A stretch of DNA of 32,000 bases from Aliivibrio fischeri ES114 (GTDB taxonomy: Bacteria > Pseudomonadota > Gammaproteobacteria > Enterobacterales > Vibrionaceae): assembly GCF_000011805.1 (NCBI RefSeq), contig NC_006840.2. One strand, given 5' to 3'. The translations under genes were made by a program, and so were the position numbers. The stretch's first letter is position 1. Every line of letters begins with the position of its first letter. Shown in pieces: positions 1 through 10,236 of the stretch. Under the pieces are notes generated by a model that was not told the origin of the DNA, ran no database searches, and worked only from the letters and a program-made list of their open reading frames with translations.

Positions 1-507
<507 letters not shown>

Positions 508-548
508 TTATAAAAACAATTAATTACGAGAAAATAAAATTACATATT

Positions 549-562
549 TTGATTTAATTCAT
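549..562 (-). promoter_or_regulatory. Candidate imperfect FNR-like site upstream of ansB
   Basis: Minus strand ATGAA-TTAA-ATCAA matches 8 of 10 positions of TTGAT-N4-ATCAA. Confidence 0.35.
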
Positions 563-586
563 CATATTTGCTTTTAATTAATGTAC

Positions 587-602
587 CGTGATAACAATCA
601 CA
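587..602. promoter_or_regulatory. Candidate CRP binding site upstream of ansB
   Basis: CGTGA-TAACAA-TCACA matches 9 of 10 positions of TGTGA-N6-TCACA. Confidence 0.55.
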
Positions 603-833
603 ACTATCATATCCACACAGAACAATATTAGATTTAATTTTTGAAAATCAACAATTTACAAACATAATAAACCACAAACCACACATTCAGAAACATGGTA
701 ATTACATAGTGATCTGCATCATTAAAATACACATTAACGCCTGAACTTTCCTACTCATCATTTCACTCTATTTCTTTCAAAACCTAGCAGAGAAAGGTAG
801 AATATCGCCCCCGAAAAAAAGAAAGGTAAAGTC

Positions 834-1523
834 ATGTCATCAACAAAGCAAAAGGCCCTTAAAAAGATAGCTAAATGTCTTGAGCTCGGTAATTCAGCAA
901 ATGTGAATGAAGCCGCTCAAGCCATAAAAATGGCTCATCGCCTTATGCTTAAGTATGGCCTTGAAAAAGATGACATCGAATTTATCAAGATGGGTAAGAC
1001 ACAAAGTATCCATCTGCTTCCTGCTAATGTAGGCAGTAATATATTAAAAATCATCCGTGGTATTAATACCCGCTTTGGTGTCGAAGCCGTATTACTTAAT
1101 CATAAAGGCTTAAAGAAAGTTGAATTCATCGGTTCGGCAGATCGTGCTATTTTTGCAGCTTTCGCATTTGACATTGTTTATCGTGAAATGAATGAACAAA
1201 CGGGACAATTTAAAAACAGCTTTGCAGGAACGGGCACAGGACAGTTAGAAGTCACTAAACGTGTAAATTCATTTTTAGCAGGCTGGATTGAGGGTGCATT
1301 AGAAAAATTACCTGTGATCGCCCCTGATGAAGACTCAGCAAACAAAATTAATGACTACATTGATAAAGAATTCAAAAATATAGACCGCGAAACCTTTAAA
1401 CAGCAATTAAAAGAGGCAATGGCTAATATTACTGCTGATTACGAAAAAGGTTTAAAGAAAGGTCGAACTATTTCAGTTAACCGCCCTGTCGCAGGTGCGC
1501 AAGCGCCAAAACTTCTGAAGTAA
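834..1523 (+). CDS. DUF2786-family protein of unknown function
   Basis: 229-aa ORF. The N-terminus KALKKIAKCLELGNSANVNEAAQAIKMAHRLMLKYGL resembles the DUF2786 helical motif. Confidence 0.75.
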   Translation: MSSTKQKALKKIAKCLELGNSANVNEAAQAIKMAHRLMLKYGLEKDDIEFIKMGKTQSIHLLPANVGSNILKIIRGINTRFGVEAVLLNHKGLKKVEFIGSADRAIFAAFAFDIVYREMNEQTGQFKNSFAGTGTGQLEVTKRVNSFLAGWIEGALEKLPVIAPDEDSANKINDYIDKEFKNIDRETFKQQLKEAMANITADYEKGLKKGRTISVNRPVAGAQAPKLLK

Positions 1524-1636
1524 TACTTTGGTAGCATGTTTGTTAAAAAATTGATGTTACTTTGATTTAAATCAAACGAATGCTCTAGATTGCACGATAC
1601 CTTTAAGTTGTTAAACAAATGTTGCAAGGAGCAATT

Positions 1637-1819
1637 ATGACATTACTAAGAAACCCAAAATGCTATACGGATGTGTGTATTGATGGAAAGTGGTACCACT
1701 ATGATCACTGTGGTACCCAAGTTTATATGCTAAAAGGCGGAGCTGAAGCGTTTTTTGAATTAGATTCAGAGCCCGTAACTGAAAATGAATTAATTGAACA
1801 AATTAAGCAGTTTGGCTAA
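1637..1819 (+). CDS. Small hypothetical protein (60 aa)
   Basis: The track ORF starts at 1619, but the ATG at 1637 is preceded by a good Shine-Dalgarno (CAAGGAGCAATTATG). Product MTLLRNPKCYTDVCIDGKWYHYDHCGTQVYMLKGG.... Confidence 0.55.
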   Translation: MTLLRNPKCYTDVCIDGKWYHYDHCGTQVYMLKGGAEAFFELDSEPVTENELIEQIKQFG

Positions 1820-2498
1820 TTTTCAAATTAATCGCATCATGGCAACAACGAATTGTCTGTAATAGAAAAGGAGTCTGACTTTTGTTACAGGCAACTTGAT
1901 TGATCGATAACAACATACTTCCAGAACTTAAATTCAACGCATCAGATTCGAGCTGAGATGCAGGAATAATCCCTACCTCTATCTCATGTTTTTCCGAATC
2001 ATATTCAAAGCTATTCAATAATTGAGTTAGTACGTCCGTTTGTTCGTCATGACTTAATAATGTCGTCATTTCCTCTGGAATATATCGGTACTGAACCGCA
2101 ACCCTTCTTCCATCAATATGGATAAGAGAAACTTGTTGTTTGACGTAAGAAAATGGAGACAACTTTAAAACGGTCAGCATTTCTTTTGTTGCTAACAATC
2201 GATGAGAAGAAAGCGCCTCAATTCGGCAATTTCTTTTCTGCTCCTTACACGCCTCCGCAATATCAATACATTGCATAGGATTAAATATTAACTTAGCCGT
2301 TGATACAAACCAGCCTCTACGCTCTTCTTTGTATATTTTACCTGATAAGGCTAAATGATTAAGGGCTTCACGTAGTGTAATGCGTGTTGTAGAAAATGTT
2401 TCAGCTAGCGTTCTTTCTGAAGGCAACTTTTGTCCAGCCTCAAACATGCCAGTATCAATTTGCTCTTCTATTGCATCTTTAATCGTTAAATACTGCAT
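1803..2498 (-). CDS. GntR/HutC-family transcriptional regulator
   Basis: N-terminal winged HTH typical of GntR (QKLPSERTLAETFSTTRITLREALNHLALSGKIYKEERRGWFV), followed by a UTRA-like C-terminal domain. Confidence 0.88.
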   Translation of the reverse strand: MQYLTIKDAIEEQIDTGMFEAGQKLPSERTLAETFSTTRITLREALNHLALSGKIYKEERRGWFVSTAKLIFNPMQCIDIAEACKEQKRNCRIEALSSHRLLATKEMLTVLKLSPFSYVKQQVSLIHIDGRRVAVQYRYIPEEMTTLLSHDEQTDVLTQLLNSFEYDSEKHEIEVGIIPASQLESDALNLSSGSMLLSINQVACNKSQTPFLLQTIRCCHDAINLKISQTA

Positions 2499-2506
2499 TA
2501 ATAAAC

Positions 2507-3448
2507 CTATAATGTAGGAACATATACATCATTTGCTAAATAATGCTGAATATTTGAATCACTGAATAATTGACCTTTTTTCACTAAAATAGTCACTCGG
2601 ATGTTTTCAGCGTTTGCTTTATCCAAATAATCCGCCATCTCTTTTTCAGAACGAATATAAATACGCTCCGCATCACGACGACAAAGCTCAATGAATTCAG
2701 CAGGACAACTTTCAAAAGCAATAACCCATTCTGCTTGCTGCATTAATCGCAGTGCTTTTAGAGTCAGCATTTCAGTATCCGAATTATACTCAATCCAATT
2801 CCGTTCAGACTTAATTTGAACATCAGTCGTTAATGCTTGTTGAAATAATGCTTCTAATTCATTTCGAGTATTTATCTTCTCGATTTCGGGCAATCGCAAA
2901 AAGGTTTCCCAAAATTTTCTTCTCTCATCAACAGTTTTAAAATGCTGTTTAATAAGATTTCGCTTATCAGCACCAAAGTCCGCTAACATGGCAACTTTTG
3001 TTGATAGCTGAGTTTCAAGCTGTTCTCTAATAATTCGGATTAATACCGGAGATGCTCCACCACTTGAAATAGCGACCTGAACACGACCTCGATTGACCAT
3101 TGATGGCGTTATAAAATCACAATATTCCGTATCATCAACAACATTCACCGGAACGCCAACGTCATGCGCATCAGCATGTACTTGGTGATTTAAATCTGAA
3201 TTGTCTGTTGTTGCCCATACTTGTACGTAATCATTACTTAATAAGTTTTTATGATAAAAACCCTTTATATATTCAAGCTTCCCTTCTTCTACGTATTTCA
3301 TTAAATAAGCTTTAATTGATGGTGCGACAACGGTAATACTTGCCTCAGCTTGCAGCAACATATCTATCTTACGACAGGCTACTTCACCACCACCAACAAC
3401 CAATACTGGTCGCTTTTTAATATCCATAAACATGGGAAAATATCTCAT
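2507..3448 (-). CDS. Precorrin-2 dehydrogenase / sirohydrochlorin ferrochelatase (CysG N-terminal / Met8-like) with degenerate C-terminal extension
   Basis: MRYFPMFMDIKKRPVLVVGGGEVACRKIDMLL...VNVVDDTEYCDFITPSMVNRGRVQVAISSGGASPVLIRIIRE is characteristic of siroheme synthase N-terminal domains. Residues ~217-313 resemble the start of SUMT. Confidence 0.9.
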   Translation of the reverse strand: MRYFPMFMDIKKRPVLVVGGGEVACRKIDMLLQAEASITVVAPSIKAYLMKYVEEGKLEYIKGFYHKNLLSNDYVQVWATTDNSDLNHQVHADAHDVGVPVNVVDDTEYCDFITPSMVNRGRVQVAISSGGASPVLIRIIREQLETQLSTKVAMLADFGADKRNLIKQHFKTVDERRKFWETFLRLPEIEKINTRNELEALFQQALTTDVQIKSERNWIEYNSDTEMLTLKALRLMQQAEWVIAFESCPAEFIELCRRDAERIYIRSEKEMADYLDKANAENIRVTILVKKGQLFSDSNIQHYLANDVYVPTL

Positions 3449-3836
3449 TACAATCCGCTTCCTTAATATCTCTTTGAATATACAGCTTTAATATACCTTG
3501 ATTTTAAAAAATAAGGTATGCATTCAGTAAACCATGATTGTTTAGTTAACACATTCAAAATTTATAATAATTAACAATTTTACAACAAACACACTCATTA
3601 GACCTGATCACTATGACCACATAAAATCAAAAAAGCAGTGTTTATCACCAGTAAAGATAAAAATAAACCGATATATCAACTGGTTTTTACATTATCTTGA
3701 ATTTCACAAATTGTTAACCTTTAGTTATCTTTAAATACAGTTGCTTAAAAATAAGGCAATCGTTCTATCAACGGCTAACTCAACGCAATAGATTGAGATA
3801 AGCCAGCTAAATTACGCACAACAAGGAAGAACACAG

Positions 3837-4865
3837 ATGAAATTTAAAACAAATAAACTGTTTGCTGCTATTGCTACTTCTGCGGCACTTTTATCAGCTC
3901 CAGCACTCGCTGCAAGTGGAACATTAGAAAAAGTTCAAAAAAATGGATATTTACAATGTGGTGTGAGTACTGGTTTACCTGGTTTTTCAAACCCTAACTC
4001 AAAAGGTGAATGGGAAGGTATCGACGTTGAATTCTGTCAAGCCGTCGCAGCTGCCGTACTAGGTGATAAATCTAAAGTAAAATACGTACCTTTAACAGCC
4101 AAAGAGCGATTTACAGCTCTACAGTCAGGCGAGATTGATGTGCTTTCTCGTAACACTACATGGACTTTACACCGAGACACTTCTTTAGGCCTAAATTTTG
4201 TCGGTGTAAATTACTATGATGGTCAAGGCTTCATGGTTAAGAAAGAGCTTGGATTAACGAGTGCAAAAGAACTTGATGGCGCATCGGTTTGTGTTCAATC
4301 AGGTACAACTACCGAGTTAAACCTTGCTGACTACTTCCGTAATAATAATATGGAATACAAACCAGTGGTTTTTGATACTGCAGCACAAACATCTAAAGGT
4401 TTTGATGCCGGCCGTTGTGATGTTCTTACCACCGACCAATCTGGTTTGTATGCTCTACGCCTTAATTTAAAAGATCCTAAAACAGCTCAAGTTTTACCAG
4501 AAATAATCTCAAAAGAACCCTTAGGTCCGGTAGTTCGCCAAGGGGATGATCAATGGTTCAACATTAATAAATGGGTTTTAAATACCATGATCAATGCTGA
4601 GGAATACGGTATCAGTTCTAAAAATGCTGACCAAATGCTGAAATCGAAAGATCCAAACATTAAACGTATTCTTGGTGTTGATGGGCCAAAAGGCAAAGGA
4701 TTGGGAATTCGTGATGATTGGGGCTACCAAGTGGTGAAACAAGTCGGTAACTATGGCGAAAGTTTTGAACGCACCGTAGGTGAAGGTTCTCCATTACAAA
4801 TCTCTCGTGGCGTCAATGCACTTTGGAATGCTGGTGGCTTTGTGTATGCAGCACCCATTCGTTAA
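3837..4865 (+). CDS. aapJ: General L-amino acid ABC transporter, periplasmic substrate-binding protein
   Basis: Signal peptide; GTLEKVQKNGYLQCGVSTGLPGFSNPNSKGEWEGIDVEFCQAVAAAVLGD; SBP family 3. First gene of a four-gene transporter operon. Confidence 0.93.
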   Translation: MKFKTNKLFAAIATSAALLSAPALAASGTLEKVQKNGYLQCGVSTGLPGFSNPNSKGEWEGIDVEFCQAVAAAVLGDKSKVKYVPLTAKERFTALQSGEIDVLSRNTTWTLHRDTSLGLNFVGVNYYDGQGFMVKKELGLTSAKELDGASVCVQSGTTTELNLADYFRNNNMEYKPVVFDTAAQTSKGFDAGRCDVLTTDQSGLYALRLNLKDPKTAQVLPEIISKEPLGPVVRQGDDQWFNINKWVLNTMINAEEYGISSKNADQMLKSKDPNIKRILGVDGPKGKGLGIRDDWGYQVVKQVGNYGESFERTVGEGSPLQISRGVNALWNAGGFVYAAPIR

Positions 4866-4955
4866 TCAACTCATAGTCTAATTATAAATATAAAAACACA
4901 ATTTATGGGGTGAATCTTCACCCCTTTTAATAAATGGATTTAAGGTTGTAGTTGT

Positions 4956-6122
4956 ATGTCATCTAAAAATAAAAACATCTTATATAATCCAACATTTCGT
5001 GCGATTTTATTTCAAGTGATAGCAGTTGCTGCACTTGTCTTTTTTTTCTACACCATAGTTAACAATGCATTATCCAATTTAGAATCTCGTGGTATCGCAA
5101 CTGGCCTTGGCTTTTTAGATCAAGAAGCCGGCTTTGGTATCGGCCTTTCTTTAGTGGAGTACGATGAAACATACAGTTATGGTCGCACGTTTGTTGTCGG
5201 ATTATTAAACACCGCTCTTGTGTCTGTCCTTGGTATCTTATTTGCTACCGTTTTGGGCTTTACTATTGGTATCGCACGACTCTCAAGTAATTGGCTAGTT
5301 AGTCGATGTGCCGCAGTTTATATTGAGACTTTCCGAAATATCCCTCTTTTATTACAAATTTTCTTTTGGTATTTCGCCGTCTTACAAGCGCTTCCCTCTC
5401 CTAGACAAAGTTTGAGTTTAGGTGAAAGTGTCTTTTTAAACGTTCGTGGTTTATTTTTTCCAAGCCCTATTTTCGAAGAAGGTTCGAACTTAATTGGTAT
5501 CGCTTTTATTGCCGCGATTGTATTTATTTTATTTTTATCTAAATGGGCAAAAAACAAACAGCGCATTACAGGGCAGCAAACACCCGTATTACGTTACTCT
5601 CTTCTTGCTCTGTTTGGTTTACCCACTTTAGCTTATTTTATTTCTGGAATGCCAATATCTATTGAATATCCAGAATTAAAAGGATTCAACTTTCGTGGTG
5701 GTATTAGCATCATTCCTGAATTAGCGGCATTGGTCGTTGCTCTTAGTGTATATACCGCCTCTTTTATTGCTGAGATAGTTCGTTCGGGTATCAATGCCGT
5801 GAGCCATGGTCAAACAGAAGCAGCGATGGCACTTGGTTTACCAAGAAAACGAACCCTTAAATTGGTCGTTATTCCGCAAGCGATGCGAATCATCATTCCC
5901 CCTCTCACTAGCCAATATTTAAATTTAACTAAAAACTCATCCTTAGCAATGGCAATTGGTTACCCTGACTTAGTTTCGGTGTTTGCAGGAACAACACTAA
6001 ACCAAACAGGTCAAGCTATTGAGATCATCACAATGACCATGGCGGTGTACCTAACACTAAGCCTATTAACCTCATTTTTGATGAACATTTACAACAGCAA
6101 AGTTGCATTGGTTGAGAGGTAA
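4956..6122 (+). CDS. aapQ: Amino acid ABC transporter permease
   Basis: 388 aa, multi-TM. Contains the RNIPLLLQIFFWYF and EAAMALGLPRKRTLKLVVIPQAMRIIIPPLTSQYLNLTKNSSLA permease signatures. Position 2 of the operon. Confidence 0.92.
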   Translation: MSSKNKNILYNPTFRAILFQVIAVAALVFFFYTIVNNALSNLESRGIATGLGFLDQEAGFGIGLSLVEYDETYSYGRTFVVGLLNTALVSVLGILFATVLGFTIGIARLSSNWLVSRCAAVYIETFRNIPLLLQIFFWYFAVLQALPSPRQSLSLGESVFLNVRGLFFPSPIFEEGSNLIGIAFIAAIVFILFLSKWAKNKQRITGQQTPVLRYSLLALFGLPTLAYFISGMPISIEYPELKGFNFRGGISIIPELAALVVALSVYTASFIAEIVRSGINAVSHGQTEAAMALGLPRKRTLKLVVIPQAMRIIIPPLTSQYLNLTKNSSLAMAIGYPDLVSVFAGTTLNQTGQAIEIITMTMAVYLTLSLLTSFLMNIYNSKVALVER

Positions 6123-6124
6123 TT

Positions 6125-7222
6125 ATGAATACACATCAATTTCAGCCAGATTTACCACCACCAGCTAATACCGTTGGTGCAGTAACTTGGCTTAAAAAAC
6201 ATTTATTTAATGGCCCAATTAACTCCATTCTAACTCTTATTATCGCTTACCTTGCAATCATCGGGTTATGGAATGTGATTTCTTGGGGCTTAATTAACGC
6301 TGATTGGATTGGCACAACCCGTGATGCCTGTTCTAGTGAAGGCGCTTGTTGGGTGATGATAAGCGTTCGCTGGGACCAATTCATGTATGGTTTTTATCCT
6401 AGTGATGAATTGTGGCGTCCACAGCTATTTTATGGGTTATTAGCGATTTTCGTTGCACTACTAGCTTATGAACACACACCAAAGAAATTTGCGATTTGGT
6501 TAATTTTTGTAAATATTTTTCCTATCTTCGCAGCCTTTCTTCTTTATGGCGGTGTTTTTGACTTACCGGTTGTAGACACTCACTTATGGGGCGGATTACT
6601 AATAACTCTCGTAATTGCCATTGTAGGTATTGTCGTTTCTCTTCCTATTGGTGTTGCACTGGCACTTGGTCGACGTTCAGAAATGCCTATCATTCGAAGT
6701 ATGTGTACGGTGTATATCGAAATCTGGCGTGGTGTACCACTCATTACCGTGCTTTTCATGGCTTCCGTTATGCTTCCGTTGTTTTTATCAGAGGGAATGG
6801 AGCTAGATAAACTCTTTAGAGCATTAATTGGTGTTGTTCTATTTAGTGCCGCTTACATGGCAGAAGTTGTCAGAGGGGGCTTACAAGCGATTCCTAAAGG
6901 TCAATACGAGGCTGCAGACGCACTTGGTTTAGGGTACTGGAAAAAGATGCGCTTAATCATTTTGCCGCAAGCATTGAAAATTACGATCCCTTCTATTGTT
7001 AATACCTTTATCGGTTTATTCAAAGACACCAGTCTGGTTCTTATTATCGGGATGTTTGATGTGCTAGGTATTGGTCAAGCCGCAAATACCGACCCTGAAT
7101 GGCTTGGGTTTTCAACAGAAAGTTATGTCTTCGTCGCTTTGGTTTTCTGGGTGTTCTGTTTCTCTATGTCGAGATACTCCATCTACTTAGAAAATAAACT
7201 TCATACAGGTCATAAGCGATAA
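6125..7222 (+). CDS. aapM: Amino acid ABC transporter permease
   Basis: 365 aa, multi-TM. Contains EIWRGVPLITVLFMASVMLPLFL and EAADALGLGYWKKMRLIILPQALKITIPSIVNTFIGLFKDTSLV. Begins 3 nt after aapQ. Confidence 0.92.
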   Translation: MNTHQFQPDLPPPANTVGAVTWLKKHLFNGPINSILTLIIAYLAIIGLWNVISWGLINADWIGTTRDACSSEGACWVMISVRWDQFMYGFYPSDELWRPQLFYGLLAIFVALLAYEHTPKKFAIWLIFVNIFPIFAAFLLYGGVFDLPVVDTHLWGGLLITLVIAIVGIVVSLPIGVALALGRRSEMPIIRSMCTVYIEIWRGVPLITVLFMASVMLPLFLSEGMELDKLFRALIGVVLFSAAYMAEVVRGGLQAIPKGQYEAADALGLGYWKKMRLIILPQALKITIPSIVNTFIGLFKDTSLVLIIGMFDVLGIGQAANTDPEWLGFSTESYVFVALVFWVFCFSMSRYSIYLENKLHTGHKR

Positions 7223-7249
7223 TTAACAGAATTCAAGGAAGTAGCAATT

Positions 7250-7999
7250 ATGGAAAATCAACAAGATTATATGATCCAACTAGAAGACATGAACAAATGG
7301 TATGGTCAATTTCATGTTTTAAAAAACATTAACTTAAAGGTTAAAAAAGGCGAAAAGATCGTTATTTGTGGGCCTTCTGGTTCTGGAAAATCAACAATGA
7401 TCCGCTGTATTAACCGATTAGAAGAGCACCAAAGAGGACACATCTTTGTTTCTGGTACAGAATTAACAGAAGATCTTAAGAACATTGAAGCGGTAAGAAA
7501 AGAAGTTGGAATGTGCTTTCAACACTTTAATCTCTTCCCTCATCTAACGGTGCTAGAAAACTGTACTCTCGCTCCTATTTGGGTGAAGAAAATGCCTAAA
7601 GCAGAGGCTGAAGCTCTAGCAATGCAATATCTTGAACGTGTAAAGATCCCAGATCAAGCAGATAAATATCCCGGGCAACTCTCTGGTGGACAACAACAGC
7701 GTGTAGCTATCGCTAGGTCGTTATGTATGAATCCACAAGTGATGCTATTTGATGAACCAACTTCAGCACTTGACCCTGAAATGGTTCGAGAAGTATTAGA
7801 TGTAATGGTTGAACTGGCAAGTGAAGGCATGACAATGCTGTGTGTTACACACGAGATGGGCTTTGCTAAAGAAGTGGCAGATAGAGTGATATTTATGGAT
7901 GCTGGTGAGATCATAGAAGAAAACAACCCTGTCGATTTCTTTGAGAACCCACAATCGGATCGAACTCAATTGTTCTTAAGTCAGATCTTGCATCATTAA
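7250..7999 (+). CDS. aapP: Amino acid ABC transporter ATP-binding protein
   Basis: Walker [10 protein letters not shown], signature [15 protein letters not shown], Walker [16 protein letters not shown]. Confidence 0.95.
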   Translation: MENQQDYMIQLEDMNKWYGQFHVLKNINLKVKKGEKIVICGPSGSGKSTMIRCINRLEEHQRGHIFVSGTELTEDLKNIEAVRKEVGMCFQHFNLFPHLTVLENCTLAPIWVKKMPKAEAEALAMQYLERVKIPDQADKYPGQLSGGQQQRVAIARSLCMNPQVMLFDEPTSALDPEMVREVLDVMVELASEGMTMLCVTHEMGFAKEVADRVIFMDAGEIIEENNPVDFFENPQSDRTQLFLSQILHH

Positions 8000-8024
8000 C
8001 TTTTAAATACTAAATCCTCAAGTT

Positions 8025-8052
8025 AAAGCAGTGATCGTTTAATTACTGCTTT
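8025..8052 (+). terminator. Rho-independent terminator of the aap operon
   Basis: Inverted repeat AAAGCAGT...ACTGCTTT followed by a T-rich run, just after the aapP stop. Confidence 0.65.
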
Positions 8053-8217
8053 TTGTTACAGATGCTTACAAACTACATCTGCTAAGTTAATGTACTGATG
8101 TAAAATGGTTTCCAGCTCAATTAATTCAAACCGAAAGTCAATTCTATCTTGATTTTTGGAACTATAAGCGCCATAACTGTCTATATAATTATGTCAGTAC
8201 ATTCCAAGGGGAATACG

Positions 8218-8880
8218 ATGAATAATCAAATGTTCAGCCAAACTCATACACAAGAGTCGGCTCTACAAACTAACAAAGTATTACGTAATACTTATTTCTT
8301 ATTATCAATGACACTACTTTGGTCTGCGGTAGTTGCTGGTGTTTCAATGGCAATGAACCTACCTCGTCCAGGTATCATCATCATGCTTGTTGGTTTCTAC
8401 GGCCTACTTTTCTTGACGGAAAAGAACCGTAACAACAACATGGGTCTTGTATTTACGTTCCTATTTACAGGCTTCTTAGGCTACACCATTGGTCCAATCC
8501 TTAACATGTACATTGGTGCAGGTATGGGTGATGTGATCTTAACTGCACTTGGCGGTACTGCGCTTTCTTTCATGGCAGCATCTGCTTATGCACTAACAAC
8601 TAAGCGTGACCTATCGTTCCTTAACGGTGTGTTAATGGCTGGTTTTGTTGTTCTATTAATTGGTATGGTAGCAAACATCTTCCTACAAATGCCATTATTA
8701 CACCTAGCAATGAGTGGTATGTTTATCCTGTTCTCAACAGGTGCAATCTTGCTAACAACGCAATCAATCATTCGTGGTGGTGAAACAAACTACATCTCAG
8801 CAACGATTACGCTGTATGTTTCTATCTACAATATCTTCATCAGCCTACTAAGCATTCTTGGTATCATGCGTGATGATTAA
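8218..8880 (+). CDS. yccA: BAX inhibitor-1/YccA-family inner membrane protein
   Basis: THKVLRNTYFLLSLTL-like N-terminus (NKVLRNTYFLLSMTLLWS), GFLGYTIGPILNMYIGAGMGDVI, GMVANIFLQMPLLHLA, GGETNYISATITLYVSIYNIFISLLSILG. The track start is 8149, but the ATG at 8218 preceded by AAGGGG fits better. Confidence 0.93.
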   Translation: MNNQMFSQTHTQESALQTNKVLRNTYFLLSMTLLWSAVVAGVSMAMNLPRPGIIIMLVGFYGLLFLTEKNRNNNMGLVFTFLFTGFLGYTIGPILNMYIGAGMGDVILTALGGTALSFMAASAYALTTKRDLSFLNGVLMAGFVVLLIGMVANIFLQMPLLHLAMSGMFILFSTGAILLTTQSIIRGGETNYISATITLYVSIYNIFISLLSILGIMRDD

Positions 8881-8898
8881 TCGATAATATCGAATAAA

Positions 8899-8928
8899 AA
8901 AAATGCCAGTCAATCGACTGGCATTTTT
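8899..8928. terminator. Bidirectional rho-independent terminator between yccA and the Sel1 gene
   Basis: Perfect 13-bp inverted repeat AAAAATGCCAGTC-AATC-GACTGGCATTTTT between convergent genes. Confidence 0.9.
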
Positions 8929-8972
8929 GTATCTATGGTTTCTATTATTGTACCAATCACAGTAACTAGGTA

Positions 8973-9998
8973 TTAATTCACATACATAGCACATTCATCA
9001 TCAATATCTTCTGGTGGGAAATAATTTTCTCTCACGTAGAATTTATTTAGTAACTTAATCACTGAATGTTTCTTTACTGGTTTTTCTTCCATCAAACCAT
9101 GTAGCTTTCTCGCTACATTTTGAATGCTTAACAAGTTCTCTAAAGGCAATATTGCTTCTAGCTCATTCTTTAAATCATGTGCATCTTCGTTATGGTTCGC
9201 TACCGCTAAATAAGCCCAAATATAAGCTACTGCATTATGAGATGAAGATACCTTTTGATTATATTGAGCCGCTCTGTATTGTGATTCAGGAGCTTTAAGT
9301 TCACCACCACGTTCTGCCCAATAGATAGCCTTATAAACGTTTTTCTGCGTCCCTATTCCATGGTAATAACAAGAGCTTACTGTTGTCATTGCCTTAGGAT
9401 CATCTTGATAAGCCGCTTTTAGCATCCAATAAAAACCTTCAGGATGTCCATCTTGTTGCTTTTGATACCATTGCGCTAAAAACAATTGAGATTCTAAATG
9501 GTTCTGTAATGCCAATTTAGTAATGGTTTTCGTTCCTAGCTCTATGTCTTTTTCACAACCAGTACCTGTGAGATACAATTTACCTAGAGTTAAAGAAGCA
9601 CTAATATCACCTTGGCTATCATCAAGTCTAGCCGCCCAGTAATCCGACTTTTCTGTTGCTTCAGGATCGTCGTAATTATCATCATATAAACGCACTAGAG
9701 CGTAAAAGGCTTGTTGGCTATTTTGTTCAGCCGCTTTTAAATACCATTTAATCGCACCATTTTGGTCAACCAATTCAAGGTCAGCCCCTAAAGCTAATTG
9801 GGCTGTTATATTTCCATTTTTTGCTCGTTGAATTTTGTCCTTTTTATCCGCTTCGTCATCAAACGGAACCACTGGAGACTTATGACTACTTTGTTGATTT
9901 TGTCGAATCGTTAACTTTTTTTTCTTTTCTGTAGTTTGAAAGTGTAGAACCATCAAAATAAGGCACACAACACTACAAAAAAATAAGAACCAATACAT
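8973..9998 (-). CDS. Membrane-anchored Sel1-like repeat protein
   Basis: N-terminal hydrophobic anchor (MYWFLFFCSVVCLILMVLHF). Several Sel1-type repeats, e.g. ASLTLGKLYLTGTGCEKDIELGTKTITKLA and AMTTVSSCYYHGIGTQKNVYKAIYWAERGG. Confidence 0.85.
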   Translation of the reverse strand: MYWFLFFCSVVCLILMVLHFQTTEKKKKLTIRQNQQSSHKSPVVPFDDEADKKDKIQRAKNGNITAQLALGADLELVDQNGAIKWYLKAAEQNSQQAFYALVRLYDDNYDDPEATEKSDYWAARLDDSQGDISASLTLGKLYLTGTGCEKDIELGTKTITKLALQNHLESQLFLAQWYQKQQDGHPEGFYWMLKAAYQDDPKAMTTVSSCYYHGIGTQKNVYKAIYWAERGGELKAPESQYRAAQYNQKVSSSHNAVAYIWAYLAVANHNEDAHDLKNELEAILPLENLLSIQNVARKLHGLMEEKPVKKHSVIKLLNKFYVRENYFPPEDIDDECAMYVN

Positions 9999-10236
9999 AT
10001 CTATATCATCGAAAAGGAATACGTTTTTTTGAGGCCTTATTCTAATGATTTTTATTCAGAATGAGAACGAATACATGATAGCAAAACAGTAATTAGGGCT
10101 ATTTTTTATAAAAAAATGCGACAAAAATAAATAAAAAAAACATATTCAGTTTTTATTCAATATTCCTAGCTTTGTGACTGGTTTTTTTCAATAAGTTAGC
10201 TAAGGTATAATTAAAATTATTATTTATTTGGTTAGT

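Noticed and set aside
1439-1627. 62-aa minus-strand ORF
   Set aside because: Antisense to the 3' end of the DUF2786-type gene; no recognisable domain or RBS, and the sense gene explains the open frame.
5318-5566. 82-aa minus-strand ORF opposite aapQ
   Set aside because: Antisense shadow ORF in a well-supported permease; no independent support.
6586-6810. 74-aa plus-strand ORF inside aapM
   Set aside because: Out-of-frame shadow ORF within a clear permease gene; low-complexity Cys/Arg/Tyr-rich composition.
7654-7926. 90-aa minus-strand ORF opposite aapP
   Set aside because: Antisense to highly conserved ABC ATPase motifs; Ser-rich shadow translation.
8586-8771. 61-aa minus-strand ORF opposite yccA
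   Set aside because: Antisense to a strongly matched yccA; no domain or RBS support.
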